A stretch of 64,000 bases of DNA, from contig JAFOIV010000068.1 of assembly GCA_017420535.1 (NCBI GenBank), positions 7,541 through 71,540 on the forward strand. The letters run 5' to 3'. This document shows positions 1 through 9,152 of this stretch, piece after piece (positions within the stretch are counted from its first letter, which is position 1; each line of letters begins with the position of its first letter). This DNA comes from Eubacterium sp. Its GTDB lineage: Bacteria > Bacillota > Clostridia > Lachnospirales > Lachnospiraceae. The position numbers and the translations under genes are program-made. The notes beneath the pieces are model-generated. The model ran no database searches, was not told where the DNA came from, and saw nothing but the letters and a program-made list of their open reading frames with translations.

Positions 1-2
1 AA

Positions 3-2393
3 ACAGAAAGAGCTCTCAGTGTTCTGGATTACTGCGTCCTTTTGATCTCTTCATCTGATGGTATAACTGCCCATACAAGAACACTTTTTAATCTTCTTCA
101 GGAATATAATATTCCATGTTTTATCTTTGTTAATAAGATGGATATGGCAGTAAGAAGCAAAGAAGAAATCTTAGAAGAATTAAATGAAAATCTTTCGGCG
201 GGTTTTATAGATATGACTGCTTCGGATGAAGATATTTATGACGAGGCAGCTCTTCTTTCAGAGGAAGCTTTAAATTATTTCCTTGAAACAGGAGCAATCC
301 CGGAGGCTTGTCTTAAAGAACTGATACATAATAGAGAGATGTTTCCGGTATATTTTGGATCAGCATTAAAGGAAATGGGAATAGATTTATTTTTAGATTC
401 TATTTCAGGACTTATTAAAGAAAGAGAATATCCAGAAGAGTTTGGCGCACTGGCCTATAAGATATCAAGGGATAAGGAGAAAAGATTAACCTTTGTAAAA
501 ATTACAGGTGGAAAGATTGCTGTAAAAGATTTAATTTCTGATGATGAAAAGATAAATGAGATAAGAAAATATGATGGGGCTAAATTTGAAATCTTAAAAG
601 AAGCTGTTGCCGGTGATATAGTTGCTCTTATCGGACCTTCAAAAACCTACGCAGGTCAGGGCTTTGGCTATATGCTCGATAAAAGTGAGATTAAGATAAA
701 GCCTGTTTTAAAATATATTTTAAATCTTCCAAATGAGATCAAAGCAAGAGATTTCTTTCCTGAATTAAAAGAACTAGAAGAGGAAGAACCTTTACTGTCT
801 TTATATTGGAATGAAGAAAATGAAACTATTGAAGTTTGCATTATGGGTGAGATCCAACTGCAGATTCTTAAAGCAGTAATAAGTGAGCGTTTTAATATAG
901 ATGTATCATTTGGCGATGGAAAAGTTCTTTATAAAGAGACTATCGTAAATCCTACTTATGGATGCGGGCATTATGAACCTCTTAAACATTATGCAGAAGT
1001 TCATGTGCTTATAGAACCTTTAAAAAGAGGCAGTGGTGTGGTTCTTTCCAATGATGTTACTACAGATGAATTATCTATTAATTATCAAAAAAATATATTA
1101 TCAAATCTTTCAAATACGTGTCTTAGGGGAGTTCTTATAGATGCGCCACTTACAGATGTTAAGATCACTGTATGTGCAGGACGTTCTCATAAGAAACATA
1201 CAGAATCACAGGATATGAGAGAAGCTGTTCTGCGTGCTGTAAGACAGGGCCTTATGAAAACTGAAAGTGTGATCTTAGAGCCATTTTTTAGTTTTGTTAT
1301 AAATCTTCCTCAAAGTGCAGCTGGTCGTGCTCTTACTGATATAGAATTGTTTAATGGTACTGCTGTTATTGAAAATCAGGACAAGGATATTGTTACTATT
1401 GTAGGAAGAGCACCGGTTTCAAAGATAGGTAATTATCAGGGGGAATTGAATACTTATACTCATGGGGCAGGACTTATCAGCTTTAAATATGATGGATATG
1501 ATATATGTAAGGATCAGGATAAAGTTGTTGAAGAGTTTAACTATGACCCGGACAGCGATATGCTTGATTCTGCAGGATCTGTATTTGTTGATCATGGAGC
1601 TGCCATGTTTGTGCCATGGTATATCAGTGATGAATATATGCATATTTATCCTAGATTAGAGAAATATTTTGATATTCCTTGTGATGAAGATGATATGGGT
1701 CATGAAAGTTCAAAAGTCATTCCACTTTCTGAAAGACTAGAAGCTATTGGGACAGATGAGATTGATGATATATTAAATAATATAAACAGAAATAAAAAGA
1801 ATGATCCATTTGAAAATAAGAATCATTTTAAAAGACAGTCCGCTATGCTTAGTTTTAAGAGGACTGCTGTTAAAAAGAAGATTGCAAAATATCTTCTTAT
1901 TGATGGATATAATATAATCCATGCCTGGCCAGAATTAAAAGAATTAACAGAAGATAATATGGATGGCGCGAGAGCAAAACTGCTTGATATGATATGTAAT
2001 TATCAGGCCATAAAAAACGAAGAGATAATTGTTGTATTTGATGCATATAAAGTAAAAGGGCATTTTACTGATGTAATGGATTATCATAATATCCATGTGG
2101 TCTATACTAAAGAGGCTGAAACAGCTGATCAGTATATTGCTAAATTTACGGATCAGAATAAAGATTCTTATGATATAAGAGTTGCTACTTCTGACGGGCT
2201 TATACAGCTGATCATCTTTGGATCTGGGGCAACAAGGGTATCTGCTAATGAGTTTTATCATGAGGTGATGGAGACTACAAAGGAGTTTAGCAGGCAGTTT
2301 ACCAATGTGCATTCAGCGGTTTTAAAAGATGGTATAGAAATGTCAGAAGAAATAATCAGTAAGATAAAGGAGAAAACTGATGGAACTCAGTAG
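3..2393 (+). CDS. 5'-truncated translational GTPase (TetM/TetO/EF-G family) fused to a C-terminal YacP/Rae1-like NYN nuclease domain
   Basis: The reading frame is open from nt 3 (TERALSVLDYCVLLISSSDG), so the gene starts upstream of the window. G4 NKMD (FIFVNKMD) and G5 GSALK are present, with TetM-like collinearity through domain V. The last ~150 aa carry YacP-family motifs: LLIDGYN, VVFDAY, TKEAETADQYI, VATSDG. Confidence 0.75.
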   Translation, partial: TERALSVLDYCVLLISSSDGITAHTRTLFNLLQEYNIPCFIFVNKMDMAVRSKEEILEELNENLSAGFIDMTASDEDIYDEAALLSEEALNYFLETGAIPEACLKELIHNREMFPVYFGSALKEMGIDLFLDSISGLIKEREYPEEFGALAYKISRDKEKRLTFVKITGGKIAVKDLISDDEKINEIRKYDGAKFEILKEAVAGDIVALIGPSKTYAGQGFGYMLDKSEIKIKPVLKYILNLPNEIKARDFFPELKELEEEEPLLSLYWNEENETIEVCIMGEIQLQILKAVISERFNIDVSFGDGKVLYKETIVNPTYGCGHYEPLKHYAEVHVLIEPLKRGSGVVLSNDVTTDELSINYQKNILSNLSNTCLRGVLIDAPLTDVKITVCAGRSHKKHTESQDMREAVLRAVRQGLMKTESVILEPFFSFVINLPQSAAGRALTDIELFNGTAVIENQDKDIVTIVGRAPVSKIGNYQGELNTYTHGAGLISFKYDGYDICKDQDKVVEEFNYDPDSDMLDSAGSVFVDHGAAMFVPWYISDEYMHIYPRLEKYFDIPCDEDDMGHESSKVIPLSERLEAIGTDEIDDILNNINRNKKNDPFENKNHFKRQSAMLSFKRTAVKKKIAKYLLIDGYNIIHAWPELKELTEDNMDGARAKLLDMICNYQAIKNEEIIVVFDAYKVKGHFTDVMDYHNIHVVYTKEAETADQYIAKFTDQNKDSYDIRVATSDGLIQLIIFGSGATRVSANEFYHEVMETTKEFSRQFTNVHSAVLKDGIEMSEEIISKIKEKTDGTQ

Positions 2394-3279
2394 ACGTACC
2401 AGATTAATAAAGAATTTAGTGGCTGATATTAACCAGATGGATAGGTTTACTGACCTTAGATTATCCAGATTTTCTGAGTCAGAGATAGACAGGGTATATA
2501 AATATCCTGATCATATAGATTCAGAGGTGATCGATATGGGGAATTTTAAAATGCTTAGACTTTCCTCAAAAGAAGGTGGATCAGACTGGGTTACATTAAT
2601 GTTTCATGGAGGAGGATACTGCCAGGCTTTCAAGAGAAATTATAATAGAGTTGCAGGCTATTATCATGAAGTTTCCAGGGGAGGCACGGTTTTTGCTGTG
2701 GATTATAGAGTTGCTCCGGAAAATGTATTTCCTGCAGCGCTTGATGATGCTATGGCGGCTTACGACTATCTTATATATGATCTTAATATAGATCCTTCAA
2801 GAATCATTTTATCTGGAGATTCAGCGGGAGGCGGACTTGCTCTTTCGTTAGTTCATGTGCTTCGTTCTCAGTGGAAGAAACTTCCTGCTGGCATTGTTGT
2901 TATGTCGCCTTGGGCAGATCTTACCACTTCAGGACCATCCTATGTAAATAATAAGGAGATTGATCCTGTATTTGGCGGTGGAAATGATGAACTTATATTT
3001 AATAATCCATATCCGGGAGAGACGGATAAAAAGGATATAAGAATATCTCCTTTGTTCGGGGATTTTTCTGGATTTCCGCCTATGCTCGTGCAGGCTGGAT
3101 CTGATGAAATGCTTTTATCCGATTCAGAAGAATTATATTTAAAGGCAAAATCTCAGGGAGTACAGGTAAGATTCACTGTATATCAGGGGATGTTTCATGT
3201 ATTTCAGTTAGGTGGAAAATTAATGGAAGAATCAAAAGAGGCCTGGAGAGAAGTTGGGCGTTTTTATGAATCTTTATAA
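2380..3279 (+). CDS. alpha/beta hydrolase, esterase/lipase of the hormone-sensitive-lipase (Aes-like) type
   Basis: HGGGY oxyanion motif and GDSAGG nucleophile elbow. A late D and H (MFHVF) fit a catalytic triad. The start overlaps the upstream stop by 14 nt. Confidence 0.85.
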   Translation: MELSRRTRLIKNLVADINQMDRFTDLRLSRFSESEIDRVYKYPDHIDSEVIDMGNFKMLRLSSKEGGSDWVTLMFHGGGYCQAFKRNYNRVAGYYHEVSRGGTVFAVDYRVAPENVFPAALDDAMAAYDYLIYDLNIDPSRIILSGDSAGGGLALSLVHVLRSQWKKLPAGIVVMSPWADLTTSGPSYVNNKEIDPVFGGGNDELIFNNPYPGETDKKDIRISPLFGDFSGFPPMLVQAGSDEMLLSDSEELYLKAKSQGVQVRFTVYQGMFHVFQLGGKLMEESKEAWREVGRFYESL

Positions 3280-3293
3280 AACAGGGGTATGAA

Positions 3294-3986
3294 ATGGATA
3301 GAAAGATATTAGTTATAGAAGATGACTTTGCCCTTGCAATGGGACTTAATTATACCTTAAAGGCAGATGGATATCTTACTGATCATGCAAAAAATCTAAA
3401 AGAAGCCAGAGAGTTTCTGCTTAAAGAAAAGAATTATAGTCTTATAATACTTGATGTTATGCTTCCGGATGGAGATGGCTTTTCTTTTCTTGAGGAATTT
3501 ATGCAGATGAATATAGATATTCCTGTAATTTTTTCAACTGCTGTCAGTGATGAAGCAAATATTGTCAGAGGCCTTGATCTTGGGGCTGATGATTATATTA
3601 CGAAACCGTACAGAGTTAAAGAACTTTTAGCCAGAATAGCTGCGGTTATAAGAAGGCATGAAAGGGGAAGAAATAACACTAAAGCCAGTGAGGATTTTAT
3701 TTATTTTGGAGAACATAAGTTTAGTGAATCTTCTTTAAGACTTTATATTGGAGATGAGCTTATAGACTGCACTCCTGCTGAATTAAGATTATTAAGAGAA
3801 TTCCTTAATAATAAGGGAATAGTTCTTACCAGGAATTTACTTATGGAAAGGCTTTATGATACTGAAAATTCGTTTATCGACGATAATACTTTATCAGTAT
3901 ATATTAAGAGGCTTAGAGATAAATTAGGGGAAGATGCTGGATTTATAAAGACAGTAAAAGGTGTAGGATATAGGTTTGGTGAATAA
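3294..3986 (+). CDS. OmpR-family response regulator
   Basis: Receiver motifs (ILVIEDD, LDVMLPDGDG, TKP) plus a winged-helix C-terminus ending VKGVGYRF. Confidence 0.9.
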   Translation: MDRKILVIEDDFALAMGLNYTLKADGYLTDHAKNLKEAREFLLKEKNYSLIILDVMLPDGDGFSFLEEFMQMNIDIPVIFSTAVSDEANIVRGLDLGADDYITKPYRVKELLARIAAVIRRHERGRNNTKASEDFIYFGEHKFSESSLRLYIGDELIDCTPAELRLLREFLNNKGIVLTRNLLMERLYDTENSFIDDNTLSVYIKRLRDKLGEDAGFIKTVKGVGYRFGE

Positions 3987-5044
3987 TGAAAAGTGATTTT
4001 GAGAAAAAAGAGTTTAAATTTTTTAATATAGTGATAGTTGCAATATATCTGGTGATAAATCTTGGCATCATGATCATCTTAAGTTATGTTTCAGATATAT
4101 TTGTAATTGTAATGCTTTGGATACTTTTTTCTATAAATATCATTTCCTTATTGGTCTTATATCTATATTCAAGAAAAATGATATATAAAGCATATTCATC
4201 AGTAGATAAAGCTTCGGATATGATGGAAGCAATCATAAGAGATAATGAAGCAGAAATTATCAAAAATAATGATAATGCTCTGGAAGAAGGAGCCATTGGA
4301 GTTTTATATGATAATTTCGGTAAACTTGTAAATATGTTTAGAGAAGCTAAGAATAAAGAGAAGAAAGAAAAAGAGTATCTTATGAATGTTATGCAGGATA
4401 TATCTCATCAGTTAAAGACGCCTCTTGCTTCAATGAATGTTTTTCTTGATCTTTTAATTGAGAATAAAGTAGATTCTCTGGATGAAAGAAATCTGATCTT
4501 AAAAGAAACAGCAAATCAGGTTAACAGAATGGAATGGATGGTCCTTGCCATGCTGAAACTCGCTCGTATTGAAGCTGGTGCAGTTGAATTTTTGAATGAG
4601 GAATTTAATCTTTATGATGCTCTTTCTGAGGCAAAAAGTGCAGTGGCTTATCTTACTAAAGAAAGAGGTCAGGAGGTTGTGATAGATAGTCCCCCTAAAA
4701 TTATAGTTAAGGGAGATATGCAGTGGATTACAGAAGCATTGATAAATATTATAAAGAATGCTTCAGATTATTCTTATGAAAAGTCAGATAAGATAGATGT
4801 CTCAGTTGAACAAAATAATATATATACGAGAATATATATAAAAGATTATGGAATAGGGATGACTGAAGAAGTTCTTTCTCATATTTTTGAAAGATTTTAC
4901 AGGGCCAGCAATGAAGTAAATCCTAACAGTGTTGGAATAGGTCTTTCACTTTCAAAATCCATAATTGAAAAGCAGGACGGTCGTATCACGGTAAATAGTA
5001 AGGTTAATGAAGGCACTGTATTTACCATCCAGTTAAATAAATAA
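3986..5044 (+). CDS. sensor histidine kinase with an intramembrane-sensing (BceS-like) layout
   Basis: N-terminal hydrophobic helices with almost no extracytoplasmic loop. H-box ISHQLKTPL, N-box NIIKNASDYS, G1 DYGIGM, G2 GIGLSL. Start overlaps the regulator's stop. Confidence 0.88.
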   Translation: MKSDFEKKEFKFFNIVIVAIYLVINLGIMIILSYVSDIFVIVMLWILFSINIISLLVLYLYSRKMIYKAYSSVDKASDMMEAIIRDNEAEIIKNNDNALEEGAIGVLYDNFGKLVNMFREAKNKEKKEKEYLMNVMQDISHQLKTPLASMNVFLDLLIENKVDSLDERNLILKETANQVNRMEWMVLAMLKLARIEAGAVEFLNEEFNLYDALSEAKSAVAYLTKERGQEVVIDSPPKIIVKGDMQWITEALINIIKNASDYSYEKSDKIDVSVEQNNIYTRIYIKDYGIGMTEEVLSHIFERFYRASNEVNPNSVGIGLSLSKSIIEKQDGRITVNSKVNEGTVFTIQLNK

Positions 5045-5049
5045 GATAA

Positions 5050-5090
5050 AAAGGCAATCTTTCAAATTTGTAAGATTGCCTTTTTATTTT
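5050..5090 (+). terminator. rho-independent terminator after the two-component genes
   Basis: Stem aaggcaatctt / aagattgcctt followed by a T-run. Confidence 0.6.
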
Positions 5091-5154
5091 GTCACTTGAT
5101 TGTAAGTCGTGGGTGATAAATTGATAATAGAAAAATGAAAGGAAAGGTATAGTA

Positions 5155-5823
5155 ATGGATAATATCGTTGAAATGAGAAATGTATCTAAGATTTATGGGG
5201 AAAAAGATTCTAAGATACTTGCTCTTCATAATGTAAATCTTGAGATTGAAAGAGGCAGCGTAGTAGCGGTTGTTGGTGCTTCGGGTAGTGGTAAATCTAC
5301 TTTGCTTAATGTAATTGGAGGAGTTGACTATCCATCTGATGGAACCATTATTGTAGATGGTAAAGAGATCACAAGATATAATGATGATGAATTAAGTATA
5401 TTCAGAAGAAGAAAAGTTGGCTTTATATTTCAGGCTTATCATTTAATACCCGTACTTACAGTTGAAGAAAATATCAATCTTCCAGTGCTTCTTGATCATA
5501 GAAAACCTGATAAGGAATATCTGGATCATGTAATAAATCTTTTGGGACTTTCTGATAGAAGAAAACATCTTCCGGGTGAATTATCCGGCGGACAGCAACA
5601 AAGAACAGCCATTGCAAGGGCCCTGGCTAATAATCCTACTTTAATTCTTGCAGATGAACCTACAGGTGCTCTGGATTCTAAAAATGGTAAAGAAGTTATG
5701 GATCTTCTTATGAAATCTGTACATGACCTGGGACAGACTCTTGTTATCATAACTCATAATATGGATCTGGCAAGAGAGGCTGACAGGATAATCAGGATAA
5801 AGGATGGAGAGATTGAGGAGTAG
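5155..5823 (+). CDS. ABC transporter ATP-binding protein (MacB/BceA-like)
   Basis: Walker A GASGSGKST, signature LSGGQQQR, Walker B LILADEPT, H-loop ITHN. Confidence 0.95.
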   Translation: MDNIVEMRNVSKIYGEKDSKILALHNVNLEIERGSVVAVVGASGSGKSTLLNVIGGVDYPSDGTIIVDGKEITRYNDDELSIFRRRKVGFIFQAYHLIPVLTVEENINLPVLLDHRKPDKEYLDHVINLLGLSDRRKHLPGELSGGQQQRTAIARALANNPTLILADEPTGALDSKNGKEVMDLLMKSVHDLGQTLVIITHNMDLAREADRIIRIKDGEIEE

Positions 5824-5832
5824 GGGAAAAAT

Positions 5833-8193
5833 ATGGAGCATTATAAAGAACTTGGAAATAAATATTTCAGACAGAATAAAAAACGGAATATCTTTACGAT
5901 AGTATGTACAGCACTTGTTGTTATCTGTATATTTTCAATACTTAATATTACTTTTAACTGGGTAAGAAATTATAGAAAAGATGTAAGAGGATTTGCTGAT
6001 TATGAAATCCTTATAACTAACGTTGATAAGGAAAAAGCAAAAGAGATTATTGATCAAGAGTTTGTTGAATCTGGATATGTAGGTACTGAAATTACGGGAG
6101 TTAAAGATGATAGAGAACCAATTTTAGAGGATGCATTACATATTAATGTAAAGAATAAATTGCTTATCAACTATTATAGAGATAAGCTTACAAAAGAATA
6201 CGGTGTTAATGCAGAGGTAAATGAAGACCTTGTATGGACATACGGTCAGGATATCGCGCATGAAGGTAATATCATCGTATTACTTGCTGTAATAGTCTCA
6301 TATATCATAACGATAATTGGAGTCGGATACATAAGAAACAGTATGCAATTATCGGCAATTGAAAGAATTAAAGATTATGGAAATTTAAGATGTATAGGCG
6401 CTACTAAAAAAGAGATAAAACAGATCATATTACATGAAGCTTTTATGATCGAAACCATAGGAATTACTATTGGATGTGTTTTAGCATTTGTTTTCAGTTC
6501 TCTGATCAGTTTTAGAAGAGGATATCCAGTTGGTTTTAATTTTCTTCCATTTATAATTGTATTTGCTGAGTTCTATTTTGATCTTTTCTTTATCGTAAGA
6601 GAAAGAATGAAATATATTATAAATCTTTCACCAGTGGAAGCATTAAGTGCAAATATCAAGATAAAGCAGAGCAGACTTAAAAAAAGAGATAGTGGAATAT
6701 GGAAGTTATTATTTGGAATTGAGGGGGATTATGCATATAAGAATTTAAAGAGAAATAATAAAAGAACTTTGAAAACAACATTATCCATAATGTTTGGATT
6801 GGTGGTTATTGTGACTGTAGGAGGCCTTGTTAATGGGTTTCTTAAATACATGAAATTGGTCAATTCACAGTTTGGATATTATCAGGATTATATAATTCCT
6901 AGTAAATATTATAGTTACGTAAGTTTTGAAGAAATAAAATCTTATCTTCCATCAAAGGATAATATGGAAGTGATCAAAAATACAAATGGTATTGGAGAAG
7001 TGAAATATGTTTATGATAATAATATTCTATTAAAACAAAAATCAGATTTATTAAAACATATAAATAAAGAATATTTAAATGAAACCCGCTCCGAATTTGA
7101 TATTCTTAGGAGCCTTGATAAGATTAATGATCCTGACGCTGGAGAATGGTATGAAAGAGTTTATAATCTTTTAGATTTTCAGATTTATGCGTATGATGAA
7201 AATGATTTTAAAAGAAATGAGGAATACCTTATAGATGGAACCTTGGATATATCAGAAAATGGAGTGATCCTGGTTAATTATGGATTGTGTGAAAATCATA
7301 ACAGTTATTATTATGATGGACTTCTTCCTGAAGTGAAAAATTACACATTTACTGATTATAAGGTAGGGGATGAAATAGAAATAGTTGATCCGGTTATCCT
7401 AAGAAACAGAATTGCAGAAGAAGTAAAAGTTGAGGATCAGGAAATTGGTTATCCTGATTACTCGCAGTCTATATCAAATGTGGTTGAGGAATTAAGAGCA
7501 AAGGGATATACAAAGAAACTGGTTATAGAAGGGATTGTGGAGAAAGACGCAAATATTTTTTCTGATGAACCTAAGTTTTTAACAACCACAGACAATTATT
7601 TTAAACTGTTTAAGTGTAATGCTAATGATTATTCTGGATTTATGGTTCATGTAGATAATTGCTTTAATTCGGGATTATCAAAGTTAGATATAGATTACGA
7701 AGGTGATGGTGAAGGGATTGACAGGTACTATTTCAGTTCTTTTATGTCAGGTTATTTTTCTACGGTTCCGGAGATTATAGATAATGTTTTAAAAATAGTT
7801 TCTTTTATAAGTGTTGTTTTTATATTTATATTAATTAATGTTATTAACTCCATAATCATAACAAGAAGTAATCTGCGTATCAGGACAAATGAAATGGCTC
7901 AGTTAAGAGCACTTGGCATGACTAAAAAAAGCTTATATAAAACGGTTATGTTGGAGGGCTTTATAGTTTGGTTTAGAGCTTCACTTATTGGAATTCCTTT
8001 AGGAATATTGGTTCAGCTTTGGCTTTATAATAATATACTTGAATATGTATTTTACATTAAATTTTCTATTGCTATATGGGCTATAGTTTTAGGATTGGTT
8101 TTATCAGCTTTAGCATATATTTATTCTAATTATAAATATGTAAAGAATATGAGGCTTGATGTAGCAAAAGAATTATCATGTGATTCTATTTGA
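5833..8193 (+). CDS. large FtsX-family ABC permease with duplicated TM-ectodomain-3TM architecture
   Basis: Two hydrophobic FtsX-like blocks (about aa 140-260 and 650-780), each preceded by a single TM and a soluble loop. The second loop is ~300 aa. Lies directly downstream of the ATPase gene. Confidence 0.8.
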   Translation: MEHYKELGNKYFRQNKKRNIFTIVCTALVVICIFSILNITFNWVRNYRKDVRGFADYEILITNVDKEKAKEIIDQEFVESGYVGTEITGVKDDREPILEDALHINVKNKLLINYYRDKLTKEYGVNAEVNEDLVWTYGQDIAHEGNIIVLLAVIVSYIITIIGVGYIRNSMQLSAIERIKDYGNLRCIGATKKEIKQIILHEAFMIETIGITIGCVLAFVFSSLISFRRGYPVGFNFLPFIIVFAEFYFDLFFIVRERMKYIINLSPVEALSANIKIKQSRLKKRDSGIWKLLFGIEGDYAYKNLKRNNKRTLKTTLSIMFGLVVIVTVGGLVNGFLKYMKLVNSQFGYYQDYIIPSKYYSYVSFEEIKSYLPSKDNMEVIKNTNGIGEVKYVYDNNILLKQKSDLLKHINKEYLNETRSEFDILRSLDKINDPDAGEWYERVYNLLDFQIYAYDENDFKRNEEYLIDGTLDISENGVILVNYGLCENHNSYYYDGLLPEVKNYTFTDYKVGDEIEIVDPVILRNRIAEEVKVEDQEIGYPDYSQSISNVVEELRAKGYTKKLVIEGIVEKDANIFSDEPKFLTTTDNYFKLFKCNANDYSGFMVHVDNCFNSGLSKLDIDYEGDGEGIDRYYFSSFMSGYFSTVPEIIDNVLKIVSFISVVFIFILINVINSIIITRSNLRIRTNEMAQLRALGMTKKSLYKTVMLEGFIVWFRASLIGIPLGILVQLWLYNNILEYVFYIKFSIAIWAIVLGLVLSALAYIYSNYKYVKNMRLDVAKELSCDSI

Positions 8194-8210
8194 TCATGGG
8201 GGAGGTTAAG

Positions 8211-9152
8211 ATGAAGGCAGAATTTAGGAAAAAAATAAGTATAATAATGACTTTATCAGTACTAATCCTTGGCACATGTGGTTTAATACCTATTAAAGAA
8301 GTTAGTGCTGATACACCAAGACTTATGGTTTCTGATTATTCTATTGATAAAGAAAAAATCTATCCGGGAGATACATTTAAAATAACTTTTACTTTAAAAA
8401 ATAATGCGTTAAACAGGGTTTCTAATATAAAGTGTAAGATTTCATCGGATAATGGTCAGTTTCTTCCGGTAAATAGCCCAGGAACAGCCTATATTGATGA
8501 AATCTATGGAGAGGAAGAAGAGACTCTGTCATTTACATTAAAAGCAGATAAGGGGTTGAAGGAAAATGCTTATAAGATAACAATAAAAACTGAATATGAG
8601 AACTGGAATGGCAGCTATGAAAATGTGGATGAGATCTATATCCCGGTTTCTTATGAAGCAAGAGCAAAGATTTATGGTGCATATATCATAGAGGAAGACA
8701 TACGTCTCGGAGATAATATTGAAATTGTTGCCAGTGTAAATAATATTGGTAATTCTGATATTTATAATGTTGAAGCTGTATGTAAAGGAGATAATATCAC
8801 ACAGACTGATCAGTTTATTGGAACTATTGAGGTTGGAAAAAGTGCAAATATTGATCTCATAACAAAGACTATAGCATTGGGAAGAGGCGACAGGATAAAT
8901 AAGCTGTATGTTAATTATGAAGATAAAGATGGAAATAAATATACAGATGAATATAGACTTGGCGTTTCTGGTGTGATCAATGTAATGGAACAGGATTATT
9001 CGGATATTATCACAGTTAAAGAAGGCCCTGAAAAAAAAGGTGAAGGAACTTGGTATGGTATTATTTTTGGTATTGTAGTTCTTTGTATTGTTCTATTTTT
9101 CATTGTAAGAAGGATTAAATATAAACGCAGAATATCAAAGGAATTTGAATAA
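8211..9152 (+). CDS. secreted, C-terminally membrane-anchored two-domain beta-sandwich protein (CARDB/COG1361-like)
   Basis: ATG at 8211 preceded by the RBS gggggagg. Signal-peptide-like N-terminus, two similar ~130-aa repeats, then a C-terminal TM (WYGIIFGIVVLCIVLFFIV) followed by RRIKYKRR. The family assignment is by resemblance only. Confidence 0.55.
   Translation: MKAEFRKKISIIMTLSVLILGTCGLIPIKEVSADTPRLMVSDYSIDKEKIYPGDTFKITFTLKNNALNRVSNIKCKISSDNGQFLPVNSPGTAYIDEIYGEEEETLSFTLKADKGLKENAYKITIKTEYENWNGSYENVDEIYIPVSYEARAKIYGAYIIEEDIRLGDNIEIVASVNNIGNSDIYNVEAVCKGDNITQTDQFIGTIEVGKSANIDLITKTIALGRGDRINKLYVNYEDKDGNKYTDEYRLGVSGVINVMEQDYSDIITVKEGPEKKGEGTWYGIIFGIVVLCIVLFFIVRRIKYKRRISKEFE

Noticed and set aside
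3-1500. Calling the first gene a tetracycline-resistance ribosomal protection determinant.
   Set aside because: Similarity to TetM/TetO is at family level only, the N-terminus is missing, and no mobile-element context is present. Many Clostridia carry TetM-like paralogues with no resistance role.
5061-5106. BceR-type response-regulator binding site upstream of the ABC operon: TGTAAG occurs twice (5069-5074 and 5101-5106), and TTTCA-N4-TGTAA resembles TNACA-N4-TGTAA.
   Set aside because: The first copy lies inside the terminator hairpin loop and has a mismatch. The second has N6 spacing. It is plausible but not supportable from sequence alone.
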